Shown here: positions 29,449-38,987 of the stretch, one piece after another
Numbering within the stretch: position 1 is the first letter of the stretch
Layout: each line of letters begins with the position of its first letter
Assembly (NCBI GenBank): GCA_036574095.1
Contig: JAINCO010000048.1
Span: 1-53,441, forward strand
From: Campylobacterales bacterium
GTDB taxonomy: Bacteria > Campylobacterota > Campylobacteria > Campylobacterales > UBA6016
Length of the DNA: 53,441 nucleotides
Direction of reading: 5' to 3'
The notes under the pieces: model-generated
The model's database searches: none
What the model saw: only the letters and a program-made list of their open reading frames with translations
What the model was told of the DNA's origin: nothing
Made by a program: the position numbers and the translations under genes

Positions 29449-30524
29449 GTGAGCTTATTCACGATTTTACAAAAGAGGAGCTGGTAGCGCGTATCTCTCC
29501 CTCATTTCGCGCGCGCCAGATCTATGATTGGCTCTACAAAAAACTTGCCCTCTCCTTTGAGGAGATGAAGAATCTTCCTAAACAGATGCGCCAGCAGCTC
29601 GAAGCTGAGTATCGTTGTGAGCCGATGCGTATCGTCAATATTCAAACAAGTAGTGATGGAACAAAAAAATATCTTTTTTCTCTTCATGATGGACATACCG
29701 TCGAGGCGGTTTTATTGCTGATGCGCGAGGCGCAAGTGAGTAAGGAGGGAGATATACAACGCGAGGCGCAATATACGGTTTGCCTCTCAACACAAGTTGG
29801 CTGCAAGGTTGGGTGTGCTTTTTGTCTTACCGCCAAAGGGGGGTTTGTGCGCAACTTGACACCGGGAGAGATTGTGGGTCAGGTTGTTTTGATTAAAAAA
29901 GATAACCAAATCGGTGCACATCGGCGCCTTAACTTAGTCTATATGGGAATGGGTGAACCGCTTGACAACCTCGATAATGTTGCCAAAGCTATTCGTATCT
30001 TTTCCGATCCTGATGGATTGGCTATATCTCCCAGACGACAGACCATTTCAACAAGTGGTATCGCAACCAAAATTGCCAAACTTGGTGAGATGGATCTTGG
30101 TGTGCAGTTGGCCATTAGCTTGCATGCGGTTGATGATGAGTTAAGAAGCCGTCTGATCCCGATGAATAAGGCCTATAACATCGAAGCAATTATTAAGACC
30201 CTCAAAGCCTTCCCTTTGCAACAAAGGCGACGGATTCTTTTTGAGTATCTCGTGTTAGGGGGTGTCAATGATGACCTTGTGGCGGCTAAAAAACTTGTCA
30301 AGTTGCTTCATGGACTAAGAGCAAAAGTAAATTTGATCTACTATAATCCCCATCCTGGCTCTGATTTCAAGCGCCCTACCGAGGAGGCGATGAGAAAGTT
30401 TCAAGAGTATCTCTTTGCTAAAGGGATCACCTGCACGATTCGATCCTCCAGAGGACTTGATATCTCTGCGGCCTGCGGACAACTTCGAGAGCAGATGCAA
30501 ACAGGTGGAAGTTCTGTTTATTGA
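29439..30524 (+). CDS. rlmN: 23S rRNA/tRNA (adenine-C2)-methyltransferase, radical SAM
   Basis: 361 aa. ...CLSTQVGCKVGCAFCLTAK (CxxxCxxC)...GMGEPLDN...SAACGQL. Confidence 0.93.
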   Translation: MAMSELIHDFTKEELVARISPSFRARQIYDWLYKKLALSFEEMKNLPKQMRQQLEAEYRCEPMRIVNIQTSSDGTKKYLFSLHDGHTVEAVLLLMREAQVSKEGDIQREAQYTVCLSTQVGCKVGCAFCLTAKGGFVRNLTPGEIVGQVVLIKKDNQIGAHRRLNLVYMGMGEPLDNLDNVAKAIRIFSDPDGLAISPRRQTISTSGIATKIAKLGEMDLGVQLAISLHAVDDELRSRLIPMNKAYNIEAIIKTLKAFPLQQRRRILFEYLVLGGVNDDLVAAKKLVKLLHGLRAKVNLIYYNPHPGSDFKRPTEEAMRKFQEYLFAKGITCTIRSSRGLDISAACGQLREQMQTGGSSVY

Positions 30525-30528
30525 TCTG

Positions 30529-31092
30529 GTGATAGGTACTTTTTTGGAGCTAAGTGTTGCAGCGCCAATAGGACTTGTCAATCTGATGGTGATGGGCGAA
30601 GCACTTCACTCCCCTTTTCGTGGGATAGCCCTTGGTCTTGGGGCGATGAGTGCTGATCTGATCTACTACTATCTTCTCTCTCATGGCATCGAAGCGTGGC
30701 ATGATCACTGGCTTGCTCGGTTTGCGATGGGTGTTGGGCTTTTCTATCTTCTTGTTATTGCCTGGAGAATGGTGCGCCATGGTTCGACAACCCAATCTCT
30801 TTATCACCAGAGGGGTGGGTGGTGGCATCTTTATGGACGAGCTTTGGCGATAACGCTCTTCTTTCCCTATACCTTTCTTTTTTGGAGTGGGATGGCCTTG
30901 TGACTTTCGTCAATGTCTCACTATGTCGTTGCTGCCATGTTTGGCGCGATTGCTTGTTGGGTTGTTCTTTTTCCTGTTGTGATCCATCGCTTAGGTACTC
31001 TACTCTCTGCATTAACGATTCAGACCATAACACGAGTATCCGGTGCGATCATCGCCCTCATCGTGATTGTGGCGATCATGCGCTTATGGTAG
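30529..31092 (+). pseudogene. LysE/RhtB-family amino-acid exporter interrupted by an in-frame TGA at 30901-30903
   Basis: N-terminal part (track ORF 30415..30903, likely GTG start 30529): VIGTFLELSVAAPIGLVNLMVMG... My translation of the same frame after the TGA gives LSSMSHYVVAAMFGAIACWVVLFPVVIHRLGTLLSALTIQTITRVSGAIIALIVIVAIMRLW*. Together they total about 187 aa, a normal LysE length. Confidence 0.6.
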
Positions 31093-31971
31093 CTTGAATG
31101 GAAGTTGCGATCTAAAGTGATACTCTTTTCCACTAAAGACAAAGGCAAGCTCCTGCGCCTGAAGCATCAGGCGTGGCGCGCCCGTGATGGATAGACGCTT
31201 TTCCTGTGTCATGGCTCCTTCGAGGTAGGCTTTGGCAAGATGCTCCTCTAAGCCATAGATTGGTTCACCAATGAGAGGATGATTCACGTGAAACAAATGG
31301 AGTCGAATCTGATGTTGCCTCCCTGTCAAAGGTTTGATGAGGAGTTTGGTTGCATCGTGGCATTCATCATAGCAGAGCGGTTCGATGTGTGTTTGTGCAG
31401 GTTTGCCATGGGGGGCTATTTTCATTGCCACCCTAATTGGGTCATTGTCTGATGCAGAGGCGATAGGAGCGTCGATCACAAGGGGTTCACGCAATCTTCC
31501 ACGCACCCAGCCATGATAACATTTTGTGACTTGGTGATTGGCAAAAAGGGCTCTAAAAGCAGCTTCATAGCCAAGACCAAACGCGACAATAACAAGGCCA
31601 CTTGTCTCACGATCGAGGCGATGGACAATGTTGGCTTTGGGACCAAATTCGCGCCGTGCGGCATCAAGAAGCGTTGGCTCATCTGAGATCTTTTTAGGAT
31701 GGACAAGAAGGCCACTAGGCTTATCATAGACGGCAAAGCCATCAGCGATGGCAAGCGGTGTGATCTCTATGCGCGATGGCTCATGGATAAGATAGGTGAC
31801 CTCTCCATAAATGCGAGCAGATTTGTGACGAATAATTTTGCCTCTATGTCTGACGCGACCTCGATCGATGATGCGCGCTGCCTCTCTTGCATCTACTCCA
31901 AGCTCAACGGTTAGTTGCTCAAGAAGTGTCCGCGAGATATCAGAAAGAAAAGTTTTTCTTATGAAGCCCAC
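31084..31971 (-). CDS. RluA-family pseudouridine synthase (RluC/RluD-like)
   Basis: 295 aa. ...IVHRLDRETSGLVIVA..., ...LTGRQHQIRLHL... Confidence 0.88.
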   Translation of the reverse strand: MGFIRKTFLSDISRTLLEQLTVELGVDAREAARIIDRGRVRHRGKIIRHKSARIYGEVTYLIHEPSRIEITPLAIADGFAVYDKPSGLLVHPKKISDEPTLLDAARREFGPKANIVHRLDRETSGLVIVAFGLGYEAAFRALFANHQVTKCYHGWVRGRLREPLVIDAPIASASDNDPIRVAMKIAPHGKPAQTHIEPLCYDECHDATKLLIKPLTGRQHQIRLHLFHVNHPLIGEPIYGLEEHLAKAYLEGAMTQEKRLSITGAPRLMLQAQELAFVFSGKEYHFRSQLPFKLP

Positions 31972-32045
31972 ACGCCCCCTTTTATGCCTCTTTTTAGTCC
32001 AGATAGGCTATTATAGCAAAAATAGTTTAGTTCAAGTGGGGAGTT

Positions 32046-33374
32046 ATGGTAGAGCGTTATGCAAGAGAGGAGATGGCCTCCAAATGGACATTGCAGGCAA
32101 AATATCAAGCATGGCTTGATGTCGAAATTGCTGCGGTGAAGGCATGGAACAAGCTGGGGCTTATTCCTGATGATGCGTGTGAGAAGATCGTACGCAATGC
32201 CCGTTTTGATATTGCTCGCATCGATGAGATCGAAAAAACAACAAAACATGATGTCATTGCCTTTTTAACATCGGTAGCTGAGAGTCTTGGAGAGGAGAGT
32301 CGTTTTGTTCATTATGGCATGACGAGCTCCGATACGATTGATACGGCTATGGCGCTGCAGATTCGTGATTCGCTTCACCTTATTATCGATGATGTCAAGA
32401 TGGTGATGGCCTCAGTGAAGAAGCGCGCCGAAGAGCACAAAATGACACTGATGGTTGGTCGTAGTCATGGAATTCATGGTGAGCCAATGACCTTTGGGTT
32501 GGTCTTGGCGATTTGGTACGATGAGTTGGTGCGCCACCTACATAACCTCAACGATGCGCTTGAGACAATCAGTGTCGGTAAAGTCTCTGGGGCAATGGGT
32601 AATCTTGCCCATGCGCCAATGGAGTTTGAAGAGCTAACTTGCGAACTTCTTGGACTCAAAGCCGCACCTGCGAGCAACCAGGTCATCCAGCGCGATCGCT
32701 ATGCCAAGGTGATGGCTGCTCTTGCACTGTTGGCAAGTTCCATCGAAAAATTTGCCGTTCAGATTCGCCACTGGCAGCGCACGGAGGTTTATGAGGCAGA
32801 AGAGTACTTTAGCGAGGGACAAAAGGGCTCCTCGGCGATGCCCCATAAGCGTAATCCTGTCTTATCAGAAAATATCACAGGGCTTGCACGCGTCATTCGA
32901 GGCTACTTGACACCGGCCTTAGAAAATGTTGCGTTATGGCATGAGCGCGACATTAGCCACTCTTCGGTGGAGCGCTTTATCCTTCCAGATGCTTTTATCA
33001 CCTGTGACTTTATGCTTCATCGTTTTAATCAGGTTATTAGCAAGCTGATTGTCTATCCTAAGAATATGATGAAAAATCTTAATTTGACAGGTGGTCTTGT
33101 CTTTAGTCAGCGTATCCTGCTTGAGCTACCCCTTCGTGGTGTTTCGCGCGAGGATGCCTATAAGATTGTCCAACGCAATGCGATGAAAGTTTGGGCCGAT
33201 TTGCAAGAGGGTAAGTCGGCTTTAAACGAGAAAGGTGAATCACTCTACCTACAACATCTCCTTGCTGATGAGGAGCTAAGAAGCAAGCTCTCTGAAGAGG
33301 AGATTCGAGGCTGTTTTGACTATAACTACTACACAAAAAATGTCGATGCGATTTTTAAACGCGTTTTTGGCTAA
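32046..33374 (+). CDS. purB: Adenylosuccinate lyase
   Basis: 442 aa. MVERYAREEM...HYGMTSSD...GSSAMPHKRNP (signature). Confidence 0.95.
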   Translation: MVERYAREEMASKWTLQAKYQAWLDVEIAAVKAWNKLGLIPDDACEKIVRNARFDIARIDEIEKTTKHDVIAFLTSVAESLGEESRFVHYGMTSSDTIDTAMALQIRDSLHLIIDDVKMVMASVKKRAEEHKMTLMVGRSHGIHGEPMTFGLVLAIWYDELVRHLHNLNDALETISVGKVSGAMGNLAHAPMEFEELTCELLGLKAAPASNQVIQRDRYAKVMAALALLASSIEKFAVQIRHWQRTEVYEAEEYFSEGQKGSSAMPHKRNPVLSENITGLARVIRGYLTPALENVALWHERDISHSSVERFILPDAFITCDFMLHRFNQVISKLIVYPKNMMKNLNLTGGLVFSQRILLELPLRGVSREDAYKIVQRNAMKVWADLQEGKSALNEKGESLYLQHLLADEELRSKLSEEEIRGCFDYNYYTKNVDAIFKRVFG

Positions 33375-33415
33375 ATGTCTATCATGTGAATTTTAGAGCG
33401 AGCAGGGAGAGAGTT

Positions 33416-35800
33416 ATGCTAACGGTATTAAAACGAGATGGACGAATAGAGCCCTTAGATATCAAGAAGATCCAAAAATATACCTCAGCTGCAGTTGCCG
33501 GTTTGGCGAATGTGAGCCAGTCAGAACTTGAGGTTGATGCGCGAATTCAGTTTCGTGATAGAATGAGTACCGAAGAGATTCAGCAGACACTCATTCAAAC
33601 AGCGGTTGATAAGATCGATATTGATGCGCCCCAGTGGACCTTTGTTGCGTCGCGTCTTTTTCTTTATGATCTTTATCACCGTGTTGGTCGTGCTGTAGGA
33701 GGACGCAAAGGTGAGGCCTATTGCCATCTCTCTCACTACTTTGCCGTTGGTGAGCAAGAGGGGCGTATCGTTCCGGGACTCAAAGAGAAGTATGATCTTG
33801 ATGAGCTTAATAGCTATATCAAGCCAGAACGCGATCTGCAATTTAACTACCTGGGGATTCGCACTCTTTATGATCGATATCTTCTCAAAAACCGCAAAGG
33901 TGAGCCAATTGAGCTGCCACAGCAGATGTTTATGGCCATTGCGATGTTTTTGGCACAGAATGAGAAAGATCGTCAGGAGTGGGCCAAAAAATTTTATGAT
34001 GTGCTCTCTCGTTTTGAAGTGATGGCAGCCACCCCTACCCTTTCGAATGCTCGCACGCCACGCCATCAGTTAAGCTCTTGTTATATCGGTTCAACACCAG
34101 ATAATATCGAGGGGATTTTTGATAGCTACAAAGAGATGGCGCTTCTTTCTAAATTTGGTGGCGGTATTGGTTGGGATTGGAGCAAAGTGCGTGGCATTAA
34201 CTCCTTTATCGATGGGCATAAAAATGCGGCAGGTGGTATCATCCCCTTTCTTAAGATCACCAACGATATTGCTGTTGCTGTTGATCAGCTGGGCACGCGC
34301 AAGGGGGCTATAAGCGTTTATATCGAGCCTTGGCACTCTGATGTTATTGATTTCCTTGATTTGCGTAAAAACTCGGGTGAAGAGCGCAGGCGCGCACACG
34401 ATCTCTTCCCTGCCCTCTGGATTCCCGATCTATTTATGAAGCGAGTCCAAGAGGGTGGTACTTGGTCGCTTTTTGATCCCTATTTTGTGAGTGATCTGAC
34501 TGATCTGTATGGTGAGGCGTTCGAGGCGCGCTATCAGGCCTATGAGGCTGATCCTTCGATTCCACGCGAGACGATCCAGGCTAAGGAGTTATGGAAGAAG
34601 ATACTACTTTCTTATTTTGAGACAGGTAGCCCCTTCCTTTGCTTTAAAGATGAGTCAAATCGCCGCAATCCCAATAGCCATGCAGGGATAATTCGCTCCT
34701 CAAACCTCTGTACCGAGATCTTTCAGAATACAGAGCCCAATAAATATCGTGTGCGCATTAAATATGAAGATGGTAGTAGCGAGTTGTATGATGAGGATGA
34801 AATCCTTGTAACCGATGAAGGGGCTCGCAAGAGAGCCAACAAGATCACTGCCCTTGATACACTCAAAGGTCGTAAGGTTTGGATGAGCGATAAGGTCGCT
34901 TTTGACGGCCATACGGCTGTCTGTAATTTAGCGAGCATCAACCTCTCTAAGATCAACACACAAGAAGATATCGAGCGTGTAGTACCTATTGCGATTCGAA
35001 TGCTTGATAATGTGATTGATCTGAATTTCTATCCCCTTGAAAAGGTCAAAAAGACCAATATGCAAAGTCGAGCGATTGGCCTAGGTGTGATGGGTGAGGC
35101 GCAGATGCTTGCAGAAAAGGGCGTGATGTGGGGAAGTGATCACCATTTTGCCTTGATCGATGAGATTATGGAGATGATTAGCTACAACGCCATCAACGCC
35201 TCAAGCGATCTGGCGGTTGAGAAGGGGTGTTATCCCCTCTTTCCTGGATCAAAATGGTCTGAGGGTATTTTGCCTATCGATACGGCCAGTAGTGCTGCCA
35301 AGGCTCTGACGCCGCGCGGATTAATGGGTGAGACAATCTATGACTGGGAGGCATTACGCAAAAAGGTCAAAACGCAAGGGATGCGCAACGGCTATCTGAT
35401 GGCCATCGCTCCAACCTCAAGTATTTCGATTTTAACAGGAACGACACAGACGATTGAGCCAGTCTATAAGAAGAAGTGGTTTGAAGAGAATCTGTCGGGG
35501 CTCATTCCTGTTGTAGTGCCTAACCTATCGCTTGAGACATTTAACTACTATGTCTCGGCTTATGATATCGATCAACGAGCATTGGTTAAGGCGGCTGCGA
35601 TTCGCCAAAAATGGATCGACCAAGGGCAAAGTCTTAATATCTTTGTCAAGGTTGGCGAGACGAGCGGCAAGATGCTAAGCGATCTTTATATGCTTGCTTG
35701 GGAGTTGGGATTAAAATCGACCTACTATTTGCGTAGCCAATCTCCTGAAATGAAGCAAGAGACAATGGACCGTAGTGTGGAATGTGAAGGATGTCAGTGA
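33416..35800 (+). CDS. nrdA: Ribonucleoside-diphosphate reductase, alpha subunit (class Ia)
   Basis: The track ORF starts at 33386. ATG 33416 has AGGGAGAGAG upstream and gives MLTVLKRDGRIEPLD (ATP-cone). ...SSCYIG..., ...SNLCTEI..., C-terminal ...ECEGCQ. Confidence 0.93.
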   Translation: MLTVLKRDGRIEPLDIKKIQKYTSAAVAGLANVSQSELEVDARIQFRDRMSTEEIQQTLIQTAVDKIDIDAPQWTFVASRLFLYDLYHRVGRAVGGRKGEAYCHLSHYFAVGEQEGRIVPGLKEKYDLDELNSYIKPERDLQFNYLGIRTLYDRYLLKNRKGEPIELPQQMFMAIAMFLAQNEKDRQEWAKKFYDVLSRFEVMAATPTLSNARTPRHQLSSCYIGSTPDNIEGIFDSYKEMALLSKFGGGIGWDWSKVRGINSFIDGHKNAAGGIIPFLKITNDIAVAVDQLGTRKGAISVYIEPWHSDVIDFLDLRKNSGEERRRAHDLFPALWIPDLFMKRVQEGGTWSLFDPYFVSDLTDLYGEAFEARYQAYEADPSIPRETIQAKELWKKILLSYFETGSPFLCFKDESNRRNPNSHAGIIRSSNLCTEIFQNTEPNKYRVRIKYEDGSSELYDEDEILVTDEGARKRANKITALDTLKGRKVWMSDKVAFDGHTAVCNLASINLSKINTQEDIERVVPIAIRMLDNVIDLNFYPLEKVKKTNMQSRAIGLGVMGEAQMLAEKGVMWGSDHHFALIDEIMEMISYNAINASSDLAVEKGCYPLFPGSKWSEGILPIDTASSAAKALTPRGLMGETIYDWEALRKKVKTQGMRNGYLMAIAPTSSISILTGTTQTIEPVYKKKWFEENLSGLIPVVVPNLSLETFNYYVSAYDIDQRALVKAAAIRQKWIDQGQSLNIFVKVGETSGKMLSDLYMLAWELGLKSTYYLRSQSPEMKQETMDRSVECEGCQ

Positions 35801-36183
35801 TGATGGCACGCAAACTCGTGATGATAGCCCTTGCCCTGCCCCTGATGGCCGCAACCGTGATTGAAAAAGAGTGGCGTCAGGTGAAGAAAGAGATTGCAGC
35901 ATCGGGCAAAGTCTCTGTCGTTGAGCTGGGTGTGGCATGGTGCTCTTTTTGTCAGCAGACGAAGCAAGCAATGAAGGATCTGCCAGCGATATACGATAAA
36001 GAGGTTAACTTTTATTATGTCGATCTTGAGCGTTATGAGGAGGCGCAAGAGGAGTATGCCGTACGCGCCACACCAACCCTCCTCTTTTTTGGCAAGGATG
36101 GAAAACTGGTTGAGAAAAAGGTGGGCGGGATGGTCGAAATTGGCCTGAAGAAAAAGTTAGAGAAGATGGGCGTTCGCCCCTAA
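35800..36183 (+). CDS. Thioredoxin-fold protein with signal peptide (WCSFC active site)
   Basis: The track ORF starts at 35791. ATG 35800 (AAGGA 8 nt upstream) overlaps the nrdA stop. MMARKLVMIALALPLMAA...VELGVAWCSFCQ...ATPTLLFF. Confidence 0.75.
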   Translation: MMARKLVMIALALPLMAATVIEKEWRQVKKEIAASGKVSVVELGVAWCSFCQQTKQAMKDLPAIYDKEVNFYYVDLERYEEAQEEYAVRATPTLLFFGKDGKLVEKKVGGMVEIGLKKKLEKMGVRP

Positions 36184-36605
36184 AAAACGATCTCGGCAAT
36201 GGCTGCGTAGCTATCAGAAAGTGGGAGGCGAACCTCTTTGAGCCAAGTGCGACTGGCGGCATTGAGCCAGGGCTTGTTGGTCGTGATGTTGGTGATGATA
36301 AGATAAGTATGTGTCTCTCCTGTCGGTTTTTTGGTACAGCAATCAATGACAGGGACCTTCTCAAAACGATAGCTTGCTGCGTGAAGAACCAGCGGCTTAT
36401 CCTCTCCCTCGACATCTACCTCGAGGCGTAGTTGTTTGGTGGTTGTATCAATATGGAAGCTGCGTGCCCTCCCGATGCCTTGTTCACTCAAATATCCTTC
36501 GATCAGCCGACCAACAAGAAAGGAAAGCAGACGATCTTTTAAGCCAGGCGATGAGAGTGAAGGGGGTTGTGCCAAGAGAGTAAGCGCTAAAAGGGTGGCG
36601 AGCAA
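36180..36605 (-). CDS. Hypothetical secreted protein
   Basis: 141 aa with a hydrophobic N-terminus (LLATLLALTLLAQ). The start is uncertain: GAAGGAG lies 17 nt from the TTG 36605, while an in-frame CTG at 36617 has better spacing. No family recognised. Confidence 0.5.
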   Translation of the reverse strand: MLATLLALTLLAQPPSLSSPGLKDRLLSFLVGRLIEGYLSEQGIGRARSFHIDTTTKQLRLEVDVEGEDKPLVLHAASYRFEKVPVIDCCTKKPTGETHTYLIITNITTNKPWLNAASRTWLKEVRLPLSDSYAAIAEIVF

Positions 36606-36693
36606 CAGTGGACGCAGGGGAGCTCCTTCTTTGATGTTGAATTAATAACATTTTAATTCGATTTAAGTTAGTATAAGATAAAGGAGTTAGGCC

Positions 36694-36933
36694 ATGGAGG
36701 CAGCGACATTTTTTTTGGGTGTGATTGCCGTATCACTTGCAGTGATAGCGGTCTTGATGAGTGTGGTAGCGGCTGCATTGCTTAAGTTTTTACGCCAGGC
36801 GACCGTCACACTGGGAGAGTTGCAGCAGCAGTCGCGTGAGATTGGAAACAAAGCACAGGTGGTGATTGGCAACCTTCAGACGCTCACATCGGTTGCCAAT
36901 ATCTTTTCTCTTATTTTTAAAAAAAGAAATTAA
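36694..36933 (+). CDS. Small membrane-anchored coiled-coil protein (DUF948-like, from memory)
   Basis: 79 aa. AAAGGAG ribosome-binding site, an N-terminal TM, then a helical region LGELQQQSREIGNKAQVVIGNLQTL. Confidence 0.6.
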   Translation: MEAATFFLGVIAVSLAVIAVLMSVVAAALLKFLRQATVTLGELQQQSREIGNKAQVVIGNLQTLTSVANIFSLIFKKRN

Positions 36934-36948
36934 CTACAAGGAGTTACA

Positions 36949-37251
36949 ATGAGTCGCGAAGGTTTGTCATTTATTATCGGAGTTGCTGTTGGTGCGGCTG
37001 CAGCCTACTATTCAATCAAGCATAAGGATGAGATCTTAGCCAAGATGGAAGAGGTTGAGGGTATTCTTAAAGAGAAAAAAGAGGCTTGGAGTGCCCGTGC
37101 CAAAGAGGAGTTTGAGAGGGCTGTGGCTAAATTTAACCAGGTCGTTGATAAGTATGCCTCGTATGTGAAGAGTGGTGCCTCATCAGAGGATCAAAAATAT
37201 GAGATCGTCGAAGATCTTGAGCGCATCAAACAAGAGGTTCGAGGTCTGTAA
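36949..37251 (+). CDS. YtxH-like membrane-anchored protein
   Basis: 100 aa. AAGGAG ribosome-binding site. GLSFIIGVAVGAAAAYY is followed by a K/E-rich helix. Confidence 0.6.
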   Translation: MSREGLSFIIGVAVGAAAAYYSIKHKDEILAKMEEVEGILKEKKEAWSARAKEEFERAVAKFNQVVDKYASYVKSGASSEDQKYEIVEDLERIKQEVRGL

Positions 37252-37253
37252 GC

Positions 37254-37475
37254 GTGGTGACGGTTGAGTTTGTGGGGCCGATCTCGCGGCCACCGATGGA
37301 GCTTGAAGCATCAACACTGGCTGAGGTAGCCGAGGAGTTGCGACTAGATAGTGGCATTGCCATGTGGCTTGAGTCATCGGCTGTAGCAGTGAATGATCGC
37401 CTTGTTTCATCCCTTGATATACCTCTGAAGAGTGGGGATAGGATTACCCTATTGCCACCGGTGTGTGGGGGTTGA
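37254..37475 (+). CDS. moaD: Molybdopterin synthase sulfur-carrier subunit
   Basis: 73 aa. Ubiquitin-like, ending ...ITLLPPVCGG (C-terminal Gly-Gly). Confidence 0.85.
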   Translation: MVTVEFVGPISRPPMELEASTLAEVAEELRLDSGIAMWLESSAVAVNDRLVSSLDIPLKSGDRITLLPPVCGG

Positions 37476-37476
37476 G

Positions 37477-37914
37477 GTGTTAGAGATCTATCAGGGGCCA
37501 CTTCCTGTGGAAGAGATATTATCGCGCTGGTACCAATCGCAGCATAATCGTAATTATGGTGCCTTTATCTCTTTTGTTGGCGTTGTTCGCGAAGAGAATG
37601 AGATTGAGGCTCTCAGTTTTGATATTTATGAGCCGATGTTGCGACAGTGGTATGAGGAGTGGCAAGAAAAGGCTAAAGCTGAAGGGGCAATCTTAGTGAT
37701 GGCGCATAGTCGCGGCGATGTCCCGGTTCATCGGTCGTCATATATTGCCGGTGTTTTTTCACCACGACGTGAGGTTGCCCTTCGGATGATCCATGATTTT
37801 GTTGAAGATTTCAAAGCTCATGCGCCCATTTGGAAGTATGATGTGCGCCGTGGAGAGCGTATCTATGCCGCCGAGCGAAGTCATCGGCTTCCAGGTAGCG
37901 GACTACTTGCCTAA
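37477..37914 (+). CDS. moaE: Molybdopterin synthase catalytic subunit
   Basis: The track ORF starts at 37432 inside moaD. GTG 37477 gives VLEIYQGPLPVEE...GAFISFVGVVRE...PIWKYD... Confidence 0.85.
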   Translation: MLEIYQGPLPVEEILSRWYQSQHNRNYGAFISFVGVVREENEIEALSFDIYEPMLRQWYEEWQEKAKAEGAILVMAHSRGDVPVHRSSYIAGVFSPRREVALRMIHDFVEDFKAHAPIWKYDVRRGERIYAAERSHRLPGSGLLA

Positions 37915-38987
37915 CTCTCTTTTGTCATATAGAGTCGGGTTGTTGCCACAAAGAGGGCGACAATCCCAGGCCCCAAAACAAACCCCCAAAATCCAAAGGT
38001 CGCAAGACCTGCCACGATCCCAAAAAAGATCAAAAATTCGTTGATACGCTCTCTTCCTCCCACCCAACGATTGATGCTGTTAAGTAACAGTAGCTTGACG
38101 AAATTGTCAATAATAACGGCCAACATGATATAAGAATAAAGAGCAATAACAAGTGCGCCCCCTGTATGGCCTCGTATCAACTCTTGAAGAGCGACCGGCA
38201 CCCAGACAAGAGCTGTTCCTACGATAGGGACAATAGAGGAGAAGCCAGTCAAAAGACCCAATAAGAGTGGATTATAGCCACCCCCATAAAAGTAAAGGAA
38301 GAGACCAAACGCGACTCCTTGAGCGATCATGACACCTAAAAGGGTCATAAAGACAACAGAGAGGGTTCTCATCACTTCCATAGCCAAGCGGGTTTGATAG
38401 ATGGGCGAGAGGGGAATGAGGGCTTGAAGATAGGCTGAAAGAGGTTTGGCATACCATGCAAAAAAGAAGAAGAAAACAAGAATCATCACCATCTCTCCAA
38501 GACTAACAGCCGCATCGCCCAAAATCGATCCAACAGCTACGGCGACGCGCTGAAGCTGCTCGGGGTTGGGTGTCCAGATGTAGAGTGTCTGGATGAAGGC
38601 TTGATATCCCTCTTCAAACGAGGAGAGATAGGGGGGAAGAGTAGGCGGCGAGGCAAGCCATCCTTTGAATGTTGCCCAAAAGGCTGGCAAGTCAGCATTC
38701 GCAATGGAGCCTAATAGTGAGATGGCTAAGTAGGCGAGTGGACCAAAGAAAAGAAGTGCGAGGATGAGGGTGGTGGCTGATGCAGCGATGAGCGGTGTGA
38801 AGGGTTGGCATCGATTCCAGCGACGGCATAGATGACTTAAGCCTCGCTCAACGACTCTGATGATGGGCCAAAGGGCATAGACAAGTAGCACCGCAACACT
38901 GATAGGTTTGGCAAAAGGGGCAAAAAGCCAGGCAAGGAGGACGGTGGTAATAGTGAGGATACCTAAAAGAAGAGGACGGTCATTCAT
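37911..38987 (-). CDS. AI-2E family transporter (PerM/YhhT-like, UPF0118)
   Basis: 358 aa polytopic membrane protein. ...IVPIVGTALVWVPVAL... is the typical conserved segment. Confidence 0.8.
   Translation of the reverse strand: MNDRPLLLGILTITTVLLAWLFAPFAKPISVAVLLVYALWPIIRVVERGLSHLCRRWNRCQPFTPLIAASATTLILALLFFGPLAYLAISLLGSIANADLPAFWATFKGWLASPPTLPPYLSSFEEGYQAFIQTLYIWTPNPEQLQRVAVAVGSILGDAAVSLGEMVMILVFFFFFAWYAKPLSAYLQALIPLSPIYQTRLAMEVMRTLSVVFMTLLGVMIAQGVAFGLFLYFYGGGYNPLLLGLLTGFSSIVPIVGTALVWVPVALQELIRGHTGGALVIALYSYIMLAVIIDNFVKLLLLNSINRWVGGRERINEFLIFFGIVAGLATFGFWGFVLGPGIVALFVATTRLYMTKES

Noticed and set aside
30901-30903. In-frame TGA in the LysE-like gene as a possible selenocysteine codon.
   Set aside because: There is no obvious stem-loop (SECIS-like) immediately downstream. 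The position lies in a TM-helix/loop of a transporter family not known to use Sec. A nonsense mutation or sequencing error is far more likely.
30819-31097. Cys-rich 92-aa ORF (..CRCCHVWRDCLLGCSFSCCD..), tempting as a Cys-rich peptide or metallothionein-like gene.
   Set aside because: It is out of frame with, and fully overlapped by, the much more convincing LysE-family C-terminal reading frame. It has no ribosome-binding site.
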